A stretch of DNA of 64,000 nucleotides from Amoeboaphelidium protococcarum X5 (GCA_023515725.1 JALDTO010000208.1:309867-373866), one strand, 5' to 3'; positions 14,268 to 28,300 are shown, counted from the stretch's first letter. Numbers and translations: made by a program. Notes: generated by a model from the sequence alone, not told the origin.

Positions 14268-15691
14268 TCATTTTCTAGGGTCAAGAAACTCATTAGGCAC
14301 AATAAAATTGAGCTTCGATAAAGTGCTATTGTTAGGAGCTTCATTGACATTAAGAAGTGCGCATAGAATCTTATAAACGTCTAGATTAGACATTCCAGCA
14401 GATTCCGCGATGGTGAAATTCTTGGCAAATTGCGGGCCATGTCCAATGAATATAGAGTGCATATCAGGATCCCGCGGATCGTAGCCATGAGTTCCTTTGA
14501 GGAAATAGTCACCTCTCTTCTAGGAGATGGTGTAAGGCTGATCTGCAACCAAAATTATCGGCGAGATTCTATTGCTATTGCTGTATTAGTAGATGGGAGG
14601 TATTTCACCGCGTTTATATACGTTCCAAGTCTTGTCTTTAACACTTTAATTCTTCAGAGCAGTGTAGACAACATCAGCAACAGAATCGTTGTGGGGCTGG
14701 ATGTGAAGTACGGAGAGCCATCGTAAACGGTAATATAATTTGTCACATTCAGACCGGCAGAGGTTTAAATATCTTCCAAGTAGACTACTTTATTCGGATC
14801 AGTCGCAGCCATACCGTGATCACTGACAATAACCAAATTGACATAATCTAAAGCATTCCTTGCTTTCAATCCATCAATCAATCGACCTATAGCATCAGTA
14901 TCAACTCTCTTAATCTCTTCGTCCACAGCGGAAGAATCTGGTCCATTTGCATGACCTGTGGAATCGACAGAGGAGATGTACATTGCAATCAAATCTGGTC
15001 CATAAGTCTGATCCCAGGCGTATCGTTCACCAAGCCATTCAAGCACTTGATCAACACGCGCACTATTATCCATCTCTTTAGCCTGGCTGTATGGAATGTA
15101 TCGATCTGGATGCATCCCATTAACCGGAGCCTCACTACCAGGCCAGAAGCAGACATTCGAGCTGAGTTACTATCGCTTGATAGTATTCCATATTGGCTCA
15201 CCTAGCCACCATCGAGGATCCTTGCTACAAGTGTCGTTGGTATAGGTGAAGACATCATCAATCACCGGGTCATAGAATTGATTAGACACAATACCATGGC
15301 TCTCAGACAGGAGACCAGTCACGATAGACCAATGATTCGGGAAAGTCTTGCTGGGAAATTCTGGCTGCATAAAAGGGGCATGTACACCATTATCGATAAG
15401 CCGCTATAGATTAGGAGTCAACTAACGCTGCAGATACCTGGCTGCAAATCCATCTAGCGATATGAGAATCACCGGATTAGGCCTATCAGCCGGTGATATT
15501 TGACCATCTCTGCTTATCACCAGAGCTATAGAGAGACTGAATACTGTAATGAATAGAGCAGATAGACAGCCTATGATCAGCCACAATTTCCACTTTCGCT
15601 GCTAAATATGCTAGAATACAATCTGTTGCTTTTCCACTTAAAACCCGTCCTCCTCATCTACAGTCTTAATTATTAATTGATCTTTTTCCAT
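14268..15691 (-). CDS. Type II membrane ectonucleotide pyrophosphatase/phosphodiesterase (Npp1/ENPP family)
   Basis: N-terminal TM helix, 'VILISLDGF', 'PSKTFPNHWSIVTGLLSESHGIVSN', 'WWLGEPIW', 'VDSTGH', 'VSDHGM', 'HGYDP', 'MHSIFIGHGP'. Alternative in-frame ATGs at 15700, 15706 and 15721. Confidence 0.93.
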
Positions 15692-16229
15692 ATTTTCCAT
15701 TTACATTTACTCTCCAAGCATTCAATTAATTAATCAATCATATAGACTGAATAGGATTTGATGGAGAAAATCTGAAAAAAACGATAGAAAACTACACAAT
15801 TCTAAGAGGGGCGGAAGTGATCTAATAATAGAAAGCTCGTGGAAAATCCTCAGTAATCTACTAAATAAACAAATACAAAAGATGGTAAAATAAAACGCGT
15901 TTATTATTGTAAAGATCATCTGTGACTAACAACAAAATCAACTGATAAAGAATTTTATCATCCGCACACACACACTCAACTTCGACAAGCAATCTATCTC
16001 CACACTCTTCTCCAGGACGCGACCATCAAACAGGGCCGCCAGAATTCCATCCACTAAGAGTTGGCTAATGATAGACTCAAATTGCTGCCAGATTTAAATC
16101 ATGACATTTCAAAGCCTTAGATAGCAATAGTACTTCTAATACTGTTAAGCGTATCCCGCCTACTACATAATGTAATTCTCGCTGGATGCATTTTAAATGC
16201 TACTACAAACGAGCGGTCAGATTATACAA

Positions 16230-16815
16230 TCACAGAGCATTAACTAAACTTACCATTATCAGAAATACACTATCCAATGCACGTCTCAAATGGCCAGAGG
16301 CACGACATACAAAAGAATGAATCGCTATAAAAATTACAGTACTTAAAGACATACATTCATCATCAAGTTCTTCATCACCGGTGTCCAACTCGGATAAGAA
16401 GAGACCTGGGCCGTTCATTGCGGCAGACATTAAGAGAGGCAACTTGGAGGCTAGTGCTACACACATATATATATACGAAGATATAAATATATCGACGCGT
16501 TATCATATCAATATCAACGACCGTGGATGTAATCTTACCAATACCAACAGCTCTCTTGGCAGCAGCGCGTTCTATCGACGCGAAAGTAGTCTTGGCTTAG
16601 TAAGTGAACTTCCCGCTGGCAGACGGCTTGAAATCAAATCCTGCAGCTTTGGCATACTGAGCAAATGATGAGTATTTCCTGTGGGATGAGGATGATGATG
16701 ATGATGATGATGACTGATATTGCTATCTGAATGACTTGCCAAAGTTTGCAGAACTAAAATTTCTAAAGCCGCCAGCCCCGCGTGAATAAGCTCTACTGGA
16801 TGCACCGCGAAACAT
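16230..16815 (-). CDS. Hypothetical small protein with mitochondrial-presequence-like N-terminus; intron 16457-16538; 3' end uncertain
   Basis: ATG at 16815 gives 'MFRGASSRAYSRGAGGFRNFSSANFGKSFRQQYQSSSSSSSSSHRK...'. A GTAAG..GTGTAG intron joins in frame to 'ALASKLPLLMSAAMNGPGLFLSELDTGDEELDDE'. No recognised family. Confidence 0.5.
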
Positions 16816-17687
16816 TATAGATTCTAGTGGTAACTGTGTGATATATTGTCGGGCGGAAACAAGGCTGTGATACTGCGAAATAATGACGAAATCGTTTCCA
16901 ACGCGCCGCTCTCTCTTTAAAAGTTTTGGCGATTTGGGTCAAGGTCTTTCTTTTGTCGCGATTCCATTCTTTCTGCTGCTTTTCATTCGTTTCGAGATTT
17001 ATTTAGCGGACGGATCACGGCGATGACGATCGCATCATAGTCTGAACTCTGCTTAGAACAACACTTTTACATTAGTTCTAAACTTGCTGATTGCTCCTCA
17101 ATAATAATTATTCAACATTTTTCTATTCAACAATGTCAAATGATGCCAGACTTTTCATTAAAGACAGTCATTCAATGTTGAAAATATCGCGTTCATCGGC
17201 TCTTGAATTCTAAAATTTTTTAGATTCAATAGTGATACTCTTTATCATTCAAAATCGTAATAAATTATTAGAGTCACCTATGAAAACCTCCAAAATTGGT
17301 CCCGTAGGCCAAAACCGTGAGTCAATTTAGGAATTAGACCAGGTGCTTCATAAAAAGACTGTTTGAGTCGGGAATTTAGTACTGCGCCACCCACACCCGC
17401 TGAGCTACGAGATAAAATTGACATCAAATTGCTTACAACACACTATTTATATCCAGAAATAACATTTGATTTTGTATATAGTTTGGTACCAATTAAATCA
17501 CATTGAGGGTGTCTTATATCATCGAACAGAATGACCAAAAATTCGGGTTTCGAGTTACGGTCATGCCGTTACATTCACCTGAAAGCCGTGGTAACATGTG
17601 CCCCTGAATCCACGGAAAATTATATATTTCCCATTAAAAAAACTTCGCTTTTTCTAGACTTTTAATAATCCATTCGAAATTATTAAT

Positions 17688-18821
17688 ATGTTGCTCTGGT
17701 ACTAGCTTATCTTGTCGTGCTTGCTCATGATGCATTTGGTCAACGCTAACTACAATGAAATGTAAAGGTGCAAAGGCTTTGCCGAATATCTTCAGAGTCG
17801 ACGCTTCATTAGATATTTGGCATCTGGTAGCTACGCAAGAGTATACTAGATATCAGATGGCACAGTTATAAAGACTCCAAGCTCGGAGTTGGCTGGCGCG
17901 TAAATTGAGAAAGAGGTGCTCATTTCTCATGAATTGTCTGATCTGCTCGATGCCGGATATATTCGTGGCGTCGTATAATTTTACTATGCGATGTATTGTC
18001 CAACTACAGCAATATTGCTTCCTTCTGAATCAAATTATTATCTTTAGATGGAGAAACTAGATAAACCCATGGTATCTTACTTGGCTGGTTTGTCGGCGTC
18101 GTTTCAAGTCTTTGAAACATCTCGATCATTTCTCCTGCAAATTCTATCTACTTTGTATGTCGCCAACTAACTGACAGGTTTTGTTATGCTGGACACTAAT
18201 CCTGCCAATTTGATGATCAAAAGCGCGTATGATCGTCGACGGCATTTCGATAGCCTGTCTATCGTAGTCTCGGATTTCGACTCCTTCCTCATTCCACTCT
18301 CAGCCTCTAATTGGTAAATGGTAAAGATGATTGATTTTGGGCACGCGTAAATCATCCATGATGGCATAATTGTCTAGTCTGGCGAAATTTGGCATTCTAG
18401 GATTTATCATCAAGATGTCAATGCTAGATTTGCAGTTTTCGCAGTGTTATCAGTGCTTCCTATTGACGCGTTACTTTCATTGCGACAAACCTCTTCTGAA
18501 TAGTATCAACAATTGGATGATATCGCCAAGTACGTCTTGCAATATCACATGAAAGCTTATAAGTCCTGCTGGATATCCGCCGATAATCTTATATCTTTTG
18601 TATCCTCAATCCAGTAGAATGAAATGAAATAAGATTGTGTTCGAGAATCTCTGCTGGATCAGCCGCTGTATCAATCATTGAGTTGGACTAAACTATTTAA
18701 TTAGGCAATCTTCTCAGAACTGCGTTCTCATGATAAAAACAAAAATGATGCCCAAGTGATATCTTACGCAAATATATATGGCCACAACAACAACAATAAT
18801 GATGGAGAAATGAATTAATGA
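17688..18821 (+). CDS. Signal-peptide-bearing atypical protein kinase-like protein 1 (377 aa, intronless)
   Basis: N-terminus 'MLLWYQLILSCLLMMHLVNA'. Gly loop 'LASGSYARVY', beta3 Lys 'TVIK', alphaC Glu 'EKEVLI', catalytic loop 'FVMLDTNPANLMIK', 'VKMIDFG'. 378 codons to TGA. Confidence 0.85.
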
Positions 18822-19259
18822 TTCTATTATGCTCTATCTCTCTCCGACTATACAATGTAGTCTCAATGCGGTGTGGCGTAGTTTCTTAACGCGTAGTCTA
18901 TATTATGAGCGATATATTTAGACTGCTTTTAAATAAAGTAGAATAGACTATAATTTTATTTTCCTTACATTACTATTACCGAACGCGAAATGTTGATTTA
19001 TGTCTTGTGAATTTTCATAAAGATTGCAACAATGACAAACATTGGATCGACACCGTGACTCAAGATCAAAAGCGCGCGCGTGGTTTCACATGCCGTGTGA
19101 TGCAATTGGCTGAGATTGAAAAATCGTGTCACACATCATCGCAATACTTAGCCGTAATCACCTTATTATTAAGCAATCATTTTCTTCTCTTCCCATACCA
19201 GCTAGTAATTCTAAAGTACTCGATATAGAAGATAGCATAGAGAAAGCTGATCGGGTGGG

Positions 19260-20693
19260 ATGAAAAGCAATTTGACATTGCTTTACGCGTTTCTGGCTGT
19301 AATTACACTCAATGCTGGCATTTTCACCTACGCGACTAACGCGCTGAAATTTAAGGATTGCGCTGCCCTCCGCGCTGTTCTGGTGTCCAACAGAGTCAAG
19401 TATATTGGCTCCGGCACGTATGGCCGCACGTACAAAGTGGGGACTTAATATGCAATAAAGGTGAATTCTATTCAATTTGGCGATAACAATAACATTGATG
19501 ATGATGAATATGATGATTATAAGCGATACAGTTTCTAGCATGAAATCCTGATCAATTTTGAGCTGACGCGTTTACGTGATCTCACGCCAAATTTTGTGGC
19601 GCTGCTCGATACATTCATCTGTCAGAGACCGACAAAACTGGGCCCCGTGCAGAATGGCATGTATGCGATGATGGAGTACCTTGATGGCTCTATGCAAGGT
19701 TATTTTGAGCATTTAGATATTTAGCGTGTGTTGCCTGCCATGTCCTCAATGCTGCTCCAACTCTTTGCTGCCTTTGACATTGCGTATCATCACCTAAGAT
19801 TTGTTTAAGCCGATATGAATCCACGCAATCTGATGACTAAACTTCTACCCTCTGGACAGGGTGGAGAAGCGCCATCACCTTTTGTGTCAAATAGCGGAAC
19901 CAAATGTTTTCACTTGGTCACCTTCACTGATATTCTGATTCCGGCAGATCTAACTGATAATCGTATGGCCAAGATTATTGATTTTGGAGATAGTCAGATT
20001 TAGATGAATAAGAAGATTGTCGCGTCCAATTCAGCTCATTCAATGAAGGAATTGCCTAAAGATTTTAATGCTAGATTTGCAATGTTGGCCATGATATATT
20101 CCATCAGCTATGATCAATTGAAGGAGTTGTCTGATGATCCGGCGCATCGAATCTACTTTTCATTGTTCTAAAGTCTGGCTGAAATTGTACTCAGTATTTC
20201 TGATAGCCAATTGTATGGTGCCTGCATTGTTGGCGATGAATATAACGTTCTAACATTCAGAGATGCTCTGGATAATGAATACAGAAATCATTGTATTCGA
20301 GAGGCCATCATGAATTAGAAAGTGTTTGATAAGCGTCCTCTGTAGTGGGCATATTTGTACAATCATCCGTTCTTTGCTTAATCACATTCACAGAGTCAAT
20401 GTCAGCAGATTATTCCAATTGGTGATTTGAGCTAGATTCATCGTGAATTCAATGTTGGTGGTCTGGGCGGTTTTAATCACCGATTCGATGCTATTAGAGG
20501 TGATTCGTTAGATTCAAGTTATAGTTCTCTAAGTAGGACTAGCTCAGATTAGGAGCAATAACGCAGAATAATAAGGTTACCTGGCAGACTGGAATATCGC
20601 CTTACTAGTTCTATGGATGACATTTCAGAATTGATGGACATAGATACTGATTCGTAAGTGGAAGTGGATGCGGATCATAGATACTTTATGTGA
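19260..20693 (+). CDS. Signal-peptide-bearing atypical protein kinase-like protein 2 (477 aa, intronless), paralog of the upstream gene
   Basis: N-terminus 'MKSNLTLLYAFLAVITLNAG'. 'IGSGTYGRTY', 'YAIK', 'QHEILI', 'TPNFV', 'MMEYLDG', 'FVQADMNPRNLMTK', 'AKIIDFG'. 478 codons to TGA. Confidence 0.87.
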
Positions 20694-20996
20694 ATTAAAT
20701 TTCATTCACATTATATACTGATGGTATAATGATGACTCTATATTTATATATTTGTGAAACAACCTGGATTAGACCTTTAATAAAAATATAGAATATATGG
20801 ATATAGTTTTTTCTGTTCATTATTATCATAGTCATCATCTTCATTATCTTCATCACGTACTCATAGGTGCGAACGCAGTAATAGCATAGCGTTCGCACAA
20901 AGTGTCAGACACGTTGAATGTTCAGTGAAAATACGACAACACCCATAATATACAACGACCAATCTACACAACTTACATTAGGGATCATACACAGAA

Positions 20997-21828
20997 TCAA
21001 TCATAAGATAAATTCATACTTCTAGCGCGTTATTTTCGCTCAGCTATTAGATCGCTATGTATATCAGGGAATCCGATAATGTTGTACATGGAATGCACGA
21101 CGCAAATTGTTATGAATGATTAGGTGCGCAAATACAATTACGAAGCAATCATTCCAAACACGGAGGTATAAGCATACTACAACACAGTACCAAGTACTGC
21201 ATTAATAGCTTCAGAACGCGACTTTGCGACTCGTAACTTTCCAAACAAGTGGTGAAGATGAGCTACACACATTTCAGAGGTAAGACACATCATATGCATG
21301 ATATATTGTATGGCGGAAGTCTAACTTACAAAATCCAAAGAACTGAGGAGCAAGAAGTATAATCTACATATTGGTAAAACCATCACGTTGCAACAGGTAC
21401 GTGATACATACTCTGTAAATGAACTCTTCTACAGTCGGAGCTATAACAAAATTTCGCAAAATCAAGAGCCAAGATTATTCAAATTCAATCTGTGCCTTCA
21501 AGTATTACACCAACGTGCCATAGTAGAGAATTTGCACTATAACAGGGCCTAGAACAAGACTGATCGCCACGAATAAAGCTTTAAAATTCAGACTCAGCTA
21601 TTACGTCCTTGTAAGCGTGTTCATAAAGTAGAAATCCATGCTGGTATAAGCATCATGGTAGGCGATAGATATAATACATAATACACAGGTAAATACAGCA
21701 GAGAGCAATCTATATCTCACAACACGTAAATCATCCCGATGCAAGTACCTAATTGATCGAGGAACTAAAATATATAAATTCACTACCAGTAACGCCGATA
21801 ACAATGAACAATGTAAAATGCCATTCAT
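20997..21828 (-). CDS. RCE1: CAAX prenyl protease 2 (Rce1 family); one internal intron; C-terminal end uncertain
   Basis: 'HRDDLRVVRYRL', 'LRNFVIAPTVEEFIYR', 'FFG..AHLHH', 'QYAYTSVFG', 'VVHSMYNIIGFP'. Confidence 0.88.
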
Positions 21829-22775
21829 TTAAAAAATGGACATTAAAATGGGTCAAGTTGTGGTGTGTTTAACGGGTACAGTTGCACAAACTACTGCACT
21901 GTAACGAATGAAAGTTGCACGATTGATCGCTTCAACTAAACGGCAAAGCTGACAATGGATGAAAGTTGTATGCTCGTACGTGTTCAGTATATAAAACAAG
22001 TAGGCACTCCGATTTCATATTATTTGTGATGCTTTCTGCGTAGGTTGATTAATTATGTGCGTGGTAATTGAGACTCGGCAGATATTAGCATCTCAAAAGT
22101 TCGGAGATATGAAACACTCCACCTGCTCGACGGTCATGTGCTGAGTCGCTGCGTTGGTTAAAAGGAGTCGGGTTGAATGAGTGGGTTTAAGCAGATATGG
22201 AGACCATGTTTTACGAGTGGGAACTGATATAATCCACGGGTATATCGAATAATCCGCTATCATTTAAGAAAAGCAGAAGAGAATGGCACGACTCGTTACG
22301 AAAATGCTCACAACACACAAGGTGTGATACACTTTGGCGAAACACACCTAAGTGTGAGCGGTCACAGCGATTAAATCACACGTTCATGCGCAGAAATTGA
22401 ATTGATAAACTTCAACGCGCTTGAAAGCCCTGAAAGTAAGATTTTGTTTAGCAAACTAAGTTATTTCAGAGCATCTCTTCAATGCCAAGGTAGAGAGGTA
22501 GATTCTTCTTACATAGTGACACTCGACAGTCTTACTCACTTACTCACTAGAGTGCTACATGCCCTTAGAACAGTCAACTTAACACAAGCTGCACTCCTCC
22601 TGCCTCTAATCATTCGGCGTTTTAAAATTCTAAATCATAGTAGATAACTATTGCGGATAAAGTCAAAAACAGGTAAAGTCAGGAAATGATTGCAAAATTG
22701 TATTACTACTATACTCAGTCTAGATGGTACTTCACCCTCCACAATGTAATGATAAACGCCAACAGCAGAAAAGAA

Positions 22776-25047
22776 TCAAATGTAAATCTGCTTCATGTCA
22801 TTCAATCCAAAAGCAACACCACACTGAGGACATTTTCGCTGACGAGAATCATGCCGCTGTGTAATACACTCGTTACAAAAGCAGTGCATACACTTTGCCA
22901 GAGTCATATTCTTGAGTCTAAAATTACATATGGAGCACGTGGCAATCTTTTTATAACCTTGCAGCATCTCTAGTTCATCTTTATCTACGGCGACTGATTC
23001 TCCTTGAGTAGATTACTTACCACCTGAGGATGACTTACCATCACCTTAACTAGATTCATACAGCTGCGATAGAAATGACGACTTCATCCTCCGTTAATGC
23101 TAACTAATATCATTTTATAACTCTGCCACTTTCTCGTCTTTCAATGAAATTTGACTCCGAAGCTAACTGATAAGTTTATCCTTCTCATCCACCTAAAGTT
23201 GGATATCATGCTGAGTGGACGCAAATTTCTCCTGCCGCGCAGACAAAGCATCAACGAGAAGCTAACTCTCTTGCGCTTTCTTCTAATGAACAGCCGAGAG
23301 CTCTTTCAACTCTGAAATCTCCTTCTCAAGAGCGACAATTAGTTCAGCTTTAGTCTAATTATCAGCTTCCAACTTTTTAATCAAGTCATCCGACTTCTGT
23401 GCCTATTTACTAAGAGCGATAGACTTATTATAATTGGCATCCTTCTCGCGTATAAGAGCTGCAATTTTCTAGTCAACTTTAGATTTATCCAAAATCATCT
23501 TGGTAATTTACTCATCCTTCTTTGACATCAACTCGGTCATATCTGAAAGCTGGCTTTATTGTTTATCAAAAAATTCCTTGTCATCCACGCCATCCTTCAG
23601 TGACTGTAATTACTTCTACAACGCCTCTATTTGCATTTTCAATGCGTTACGAGCCTCGACTTCAGACTTCAATTTAGTCTATTCCAATGTGAGAGAATTC
23701 TAAAGCTTATCCCGGATATTCCTTATTCTATTAAGGTCAGAGTTGAGATTTTTCAAGTCAGATTACAAAGTAGTCTAACGAGATTCTGCGTCAGACTTGA
23801 GCTATTCAAAATAAGTCCTATACTGCTCCTCTTATACTTGCAATTGAGTCTTCATCTCTTTAATGCTGGATTCAAAACTCTCATATTCAGATTTAAAATA
23901 ATTCAACTCCTACTACATCTATTAATATGCACCATGCTAGGTGATGACATCTTCAGGAATAATCGCCATCTATCCGGATAAACGACTAATCTCCCTCTCC
24001 AATTTGTCACGATACCAATTCATCTCTTCTGATTCCTTATGCTTCACATCCAGGATAGCTTTTAAACGACCAATTTCAGTCTACAACTTCTCATTCACTT
24101 AAACATATTATAAAATATCATCTGAAAGATTTTCAGATAGCGCTCCAGTTTTACTCTCTAAACTCTGAGCTTAAGATTGATTAACTGCAGGAGATTCTTC
24201 TGATTGACTCTAAGCAGATGCAGATGATTATAAAACACTTTATCTATAATGCTAAACTGTAGTGCTCTTCTCTCTTTCAAGATCCATACGAAGTTTAGAA
24301 ATGCCAAGCTGTAACTCTTCAATTTACATTTGACACTACTATTACTACCTTGCGTACTAAGACGCCATCATATTCACTCTTTAATTCTCCAAATTGAGAT
24401 CATGACATTTTTGTTAATACTCTTTCAGACTAGCTTATAGCTACTTCAACTACTACAGATCTTCAGCAGATTCATTCAGTGGAATCTTGTCATTGATAAT
24501 ATCAGTCAATCTGATTATAACCAGCTTGATCTATTCATACTATCGCTGCGACCACTTTTAATCTATGATGACATTCACAGAGTCTGCAGATTATTAAGAA
24601 GAATCTACATCCATTTCATGACTACCATTAGACAGAGAGGTGACAGAGCTCAAGGCAGGGACGCGTTTAAGCAAAAGATCCAAATCATTTTCCACCTACA
24701 AATGAATTAAATAATACAATCATCAGATATAACATTAGTGAAATAGAATAAATAACCATACAGTTTTGTATAATGCATAAGCATGCGACAACTATTCCTA
24801 TAACTACAATTTATCCTCATCCAGACGGCCAATGGACAGCTAAAGATCATCATTTTATCGCTGAGCCAATACTAATTACCGATAGATGGCTTCTTTGGCA
24901 TATTGCTCGATAAACTACACTAACTAACACAAAAAGTAATTCATAAAAAATAAATGGAATACAAAGATTTACATTCTCATCATCTAGAGGATTATTCATA
25001 GATGTAGAATCATCCTACTACATTTCAGTCTTGGGCCGTTTACTCAT
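22776..25047 (-). CDS. BRE1: E3 ubiquitin ligase Bre1 (H2B ubiquitination): long coiled coil plus C-terminal RING; introns near the 5' end
   Basis: RING 'CSICNFRLKNMTLAKCMHCFCNECITQRHDSRQRKCPQCGVAFGLNDMKQIYI*'. The preceding ~2 kb is a Gln-rich coiled coil open only with TAR=Gln. Start may instead be the upstream ATG near 25077. Confidence 0.9.
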
Positions 25048-25321
25048 CTCTCTCTCTCTCTTTCTATCCAGTTGCATAAAATTATTCCCCCCAACGATGG
25101 AAGCCAACAGGAGAAACAAAAACGACGACGACGCGCTCGAATTGTCCTGAGAAAGTAAAGACGAAGGAACACTTTGAAGCACTGTAGAGGGTACAAGAAC
25201 ACGCAAGCAAAATAGTCCAAGAGAGAATTTACAGAACTAAGCGCGTCATTGAATAAAGAGTTCGCAATTGAGGATCTGATCTAGCTCAATATATATACCA
25301 AGATAAAAATACTACGATATA

Positions 25322-28300
25322 ATGAGTGAAGTTTAAGGATAAAATGATTTGGCAGTCTAGGCAACGAACAATAGTAGTATCATGAGCAAAGCGTCCATGT
25401 ACAAGCTTGGCTACGTTAATGATTATGACCGGGATGGAAAGATATTCAATCAGTTTCTGACCGCTGTAGCGTAGAAATCTAACGTCAAGATTCCAAGGCG
25501 CGCACCTCTTATTAATCGCGGATATTACATCAGACACAAGGCAGTGAGGCATGTAATTGAGCGGTTTTTGCAAGATACTAATGGAGACGCGTAACGGTAA
25601 ATTATTAATCTAGGATGTGGCTATGACGCGACTTATTTCTAAATGTTATCGCAGTCATCAACATCATTGTGTTAAGAACAGCGTGGTCATCTATCATCTA
25701 CACTATATATTGATATTGATTTCAAGAGATTGCTCAAGTAAAAGATTAAAATGATTATGGATAGTCCTGAGTTGAAATCTATGCTTGGCAACGTTAAATT
25801 AAGTACCGGTGGTGTATTGCTGTCTTCGGATTAGTATCTTTGCATCGGGTGTGATCTCACCTAGCTGGATAAGCTTGATAAATTACTTAGTTACTTGGCA
25901 TAGAGTTAGCAGTGTACATTCTAATTCAACGCTCCTACCCTAATCATATCAGAGTGTGTCTTGACTTACGTTCCCACTCTGGATGCTAATAAGGTGATAT
26001 CCTATTTCGCTTCTAGTTTCAAGCGTTCCTGGTTTGCATTGTACGAGCAGATACTTCCTTATGATGTATTTGGTAAAGTAATGACGCGTCATTTTGTGAA
26101 GATGAACGCTGCTATTCACGCCATCTATGATTATCCAACTGCATCACAATAATAGAAGAGATTTCTCGGTTGTGGTTGGAGCGATGTCGAGTTATTGACA
26201 ATGGATCAGTTTTGGAATGATGAGTTATCATTGGAGGAGCGTATGCGGGTGGATGATTTAGAATTCTTCGATGAGCATGAGGAATGGCTTCTAAAGTGCT
26301 CCCATTATTTCATTGCAGTTGGTAAAAGTTAGCAAGGATGGAAGTAGTCGGTGTTTAAGTCTTCCTCCTTGGAATAGAAATCTCAAGAAAGTGTTGATTA
26401 TCATGCAAGGTAGAATGTACTTGTTGAGTAATAGTCTTTAGAATTACAGTCTGATATCAGTCGATGGGGTCACAGTGCATGCATGTTGTCCAATGGTAGG
26501 ATTGTTGTTTATGGAGGTTATGATAAAGTGAGTGGCTCAAGATGTGAGGATATGCTGGTAATCCATAGTGAAAGTGTTCATAGACTTACGCATCCCTTGC
26601 TGGAAAAACTCATGTATCACACCATGGTGGTGGATGATGCTGACAATCTTTATATTTATGGTGGCCGTCAAGGAGAAAACTTTGTATCTAATCGTTTGGT
26701 CAAGATGGTGATTAAGTTTGATGATAATCACGTTCCTTTCACTGATACTGTGAATCAAGTCGATTTAGTCATACCTGGACTATATCGTCATTGTTGCGCA
26801 TATACTAAGTTGCCGGATTCCAACGGAGATTTACGTGACGTTTTGGTAATCTATGGTGGAAGATAGATTGATGGTAGCATTAGCAATAAACTTTATGTGG
26901 TAGATTTGCTTAGCTATGTGCATAGGAAGATCGACTGCAATCTTCCGCATCTTCACTCTAGTGCAATGTCGGTTGTTGGTGGTAATCTTTTCATTTTTGG
27001 TGGTTTAGATAATCGTGGCTGCTCTAACACGACTCTGTTATCTGTTGATTTACAGAGTTGGTAATCCTCTAGTTCAAATATTAATTGTCCTTTTAAAGGC
27101 ATATTCGGACACAAGATGTTGCATTGGAAAGGTGATCTCTTTTAAATAGTTGGCGGAATGCAGTAAGGAGTCATCAAAGATGGTGTTGGGCCTAATTATA
27201 TCTAAATGGCTCTACTGGATATTGAGGCCAAAAGTTTACATTCTATAAGTGTTTCCAATGATAAACTTTTAATCGGCCATGATCTTGTTTAATCACACCA
27301 CGACAGCAATGAATTTATTGTTGTTGGAGGTGGCGCGGTCTGCTTTTCGATGGGCTCTTATTGTGAGAAATCTTTCAAGGTGTCATTGAATGACTTGACC
27401 ACCAGAGTTCCCTGGCTTAACGCTAATACTCAAGTCCGTAATCTGTATCAATTGTAAGAGAATATCAACCTTAATATACCATTAGTCGCGAGAGCTGCGT
27501 TGAATAATTGCCGTCAATCTGCGTTTGGGTCACGAAACTATCTAGATACATTGCTGTCTCATGATAATAAAGTAAGCTATCACACGTGCGACTCCTCAGT
27601 TCTTTAATTTGCTCCAGAGAGGAACTTTAAGTTTGATGTGTGTACGTGGTCGCAGTTTGTGGATAACATCTTTTAAACTCCTGGCGGTAAGTCGTCCTCT
27701 GGTCATCGATATTTCCGCTCCATTGGAGAGAATCCGCGCAAATAGGCATCATGTTTAGCTAAATAATTTCCTCGACTGGCAAATGATGTTTAGCTACCCA
27801 CCTGGCTGATTAGAATGCTTATCGGAGTAGCAGCTGTGTCAGACCAAGAAGTATCAGCCGCAATGACTCTTGAGGACATTTCGAAATTGCCTAAATAATT
27901 TTCATCAGTTTTGCGTATTAGTTCCGATCATCTTTAGATGTGGCCACATTTTGACATTATGGACAATGCTCTGATGCAGTTGAGTGGTCGCAAGCTGGTG
28001 ATTCTCTTTCCTCCATCTCAGATGAGTAATCTTTACATTGATCCGGATATGAATTCAAGCAGTTCACCTGTAACGCGTATCTACGCGCCGCATGTGACGC
28101 CATTCAATGATGAACTTGTCTAAAATGCTAAAGAGTATATGCACAAGTATCCAGGATTTTACAGTGAAGCTGTCAAGCACGCAAAGTTCATGATTTTGGA
28201 ACCTGGTGATGTGCTTTACATTCCATCTCTTTGGATCCATCAGACCATCGCTCTTGCAGACGGTGGCAGTCCATCAATTGGCGTCAATATATTCTGGAAG

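Noticed and set aside
16572-16805. Poly-His ORF 'SHHHHHHHPHP' in the supplied track
   Set aside because: It begins at a non-ATG codon. The neighbouring frame has an ATG at 16815, reads poly-Ser and splices in frame to the next exon.
17133-17366. 77-codon TAR=Gln ORF upstream of kinase 1
   Set aside because: No homology cues; the length is within chance expectation.
21830-22770. About 900-bp gap between RCE1 and BRE1 with short ORFs and weak ACACAC..GTGTG repeats
   Set aside because: No supportable ORF, ncRNA motif, terminal inverted repeat or array structure.
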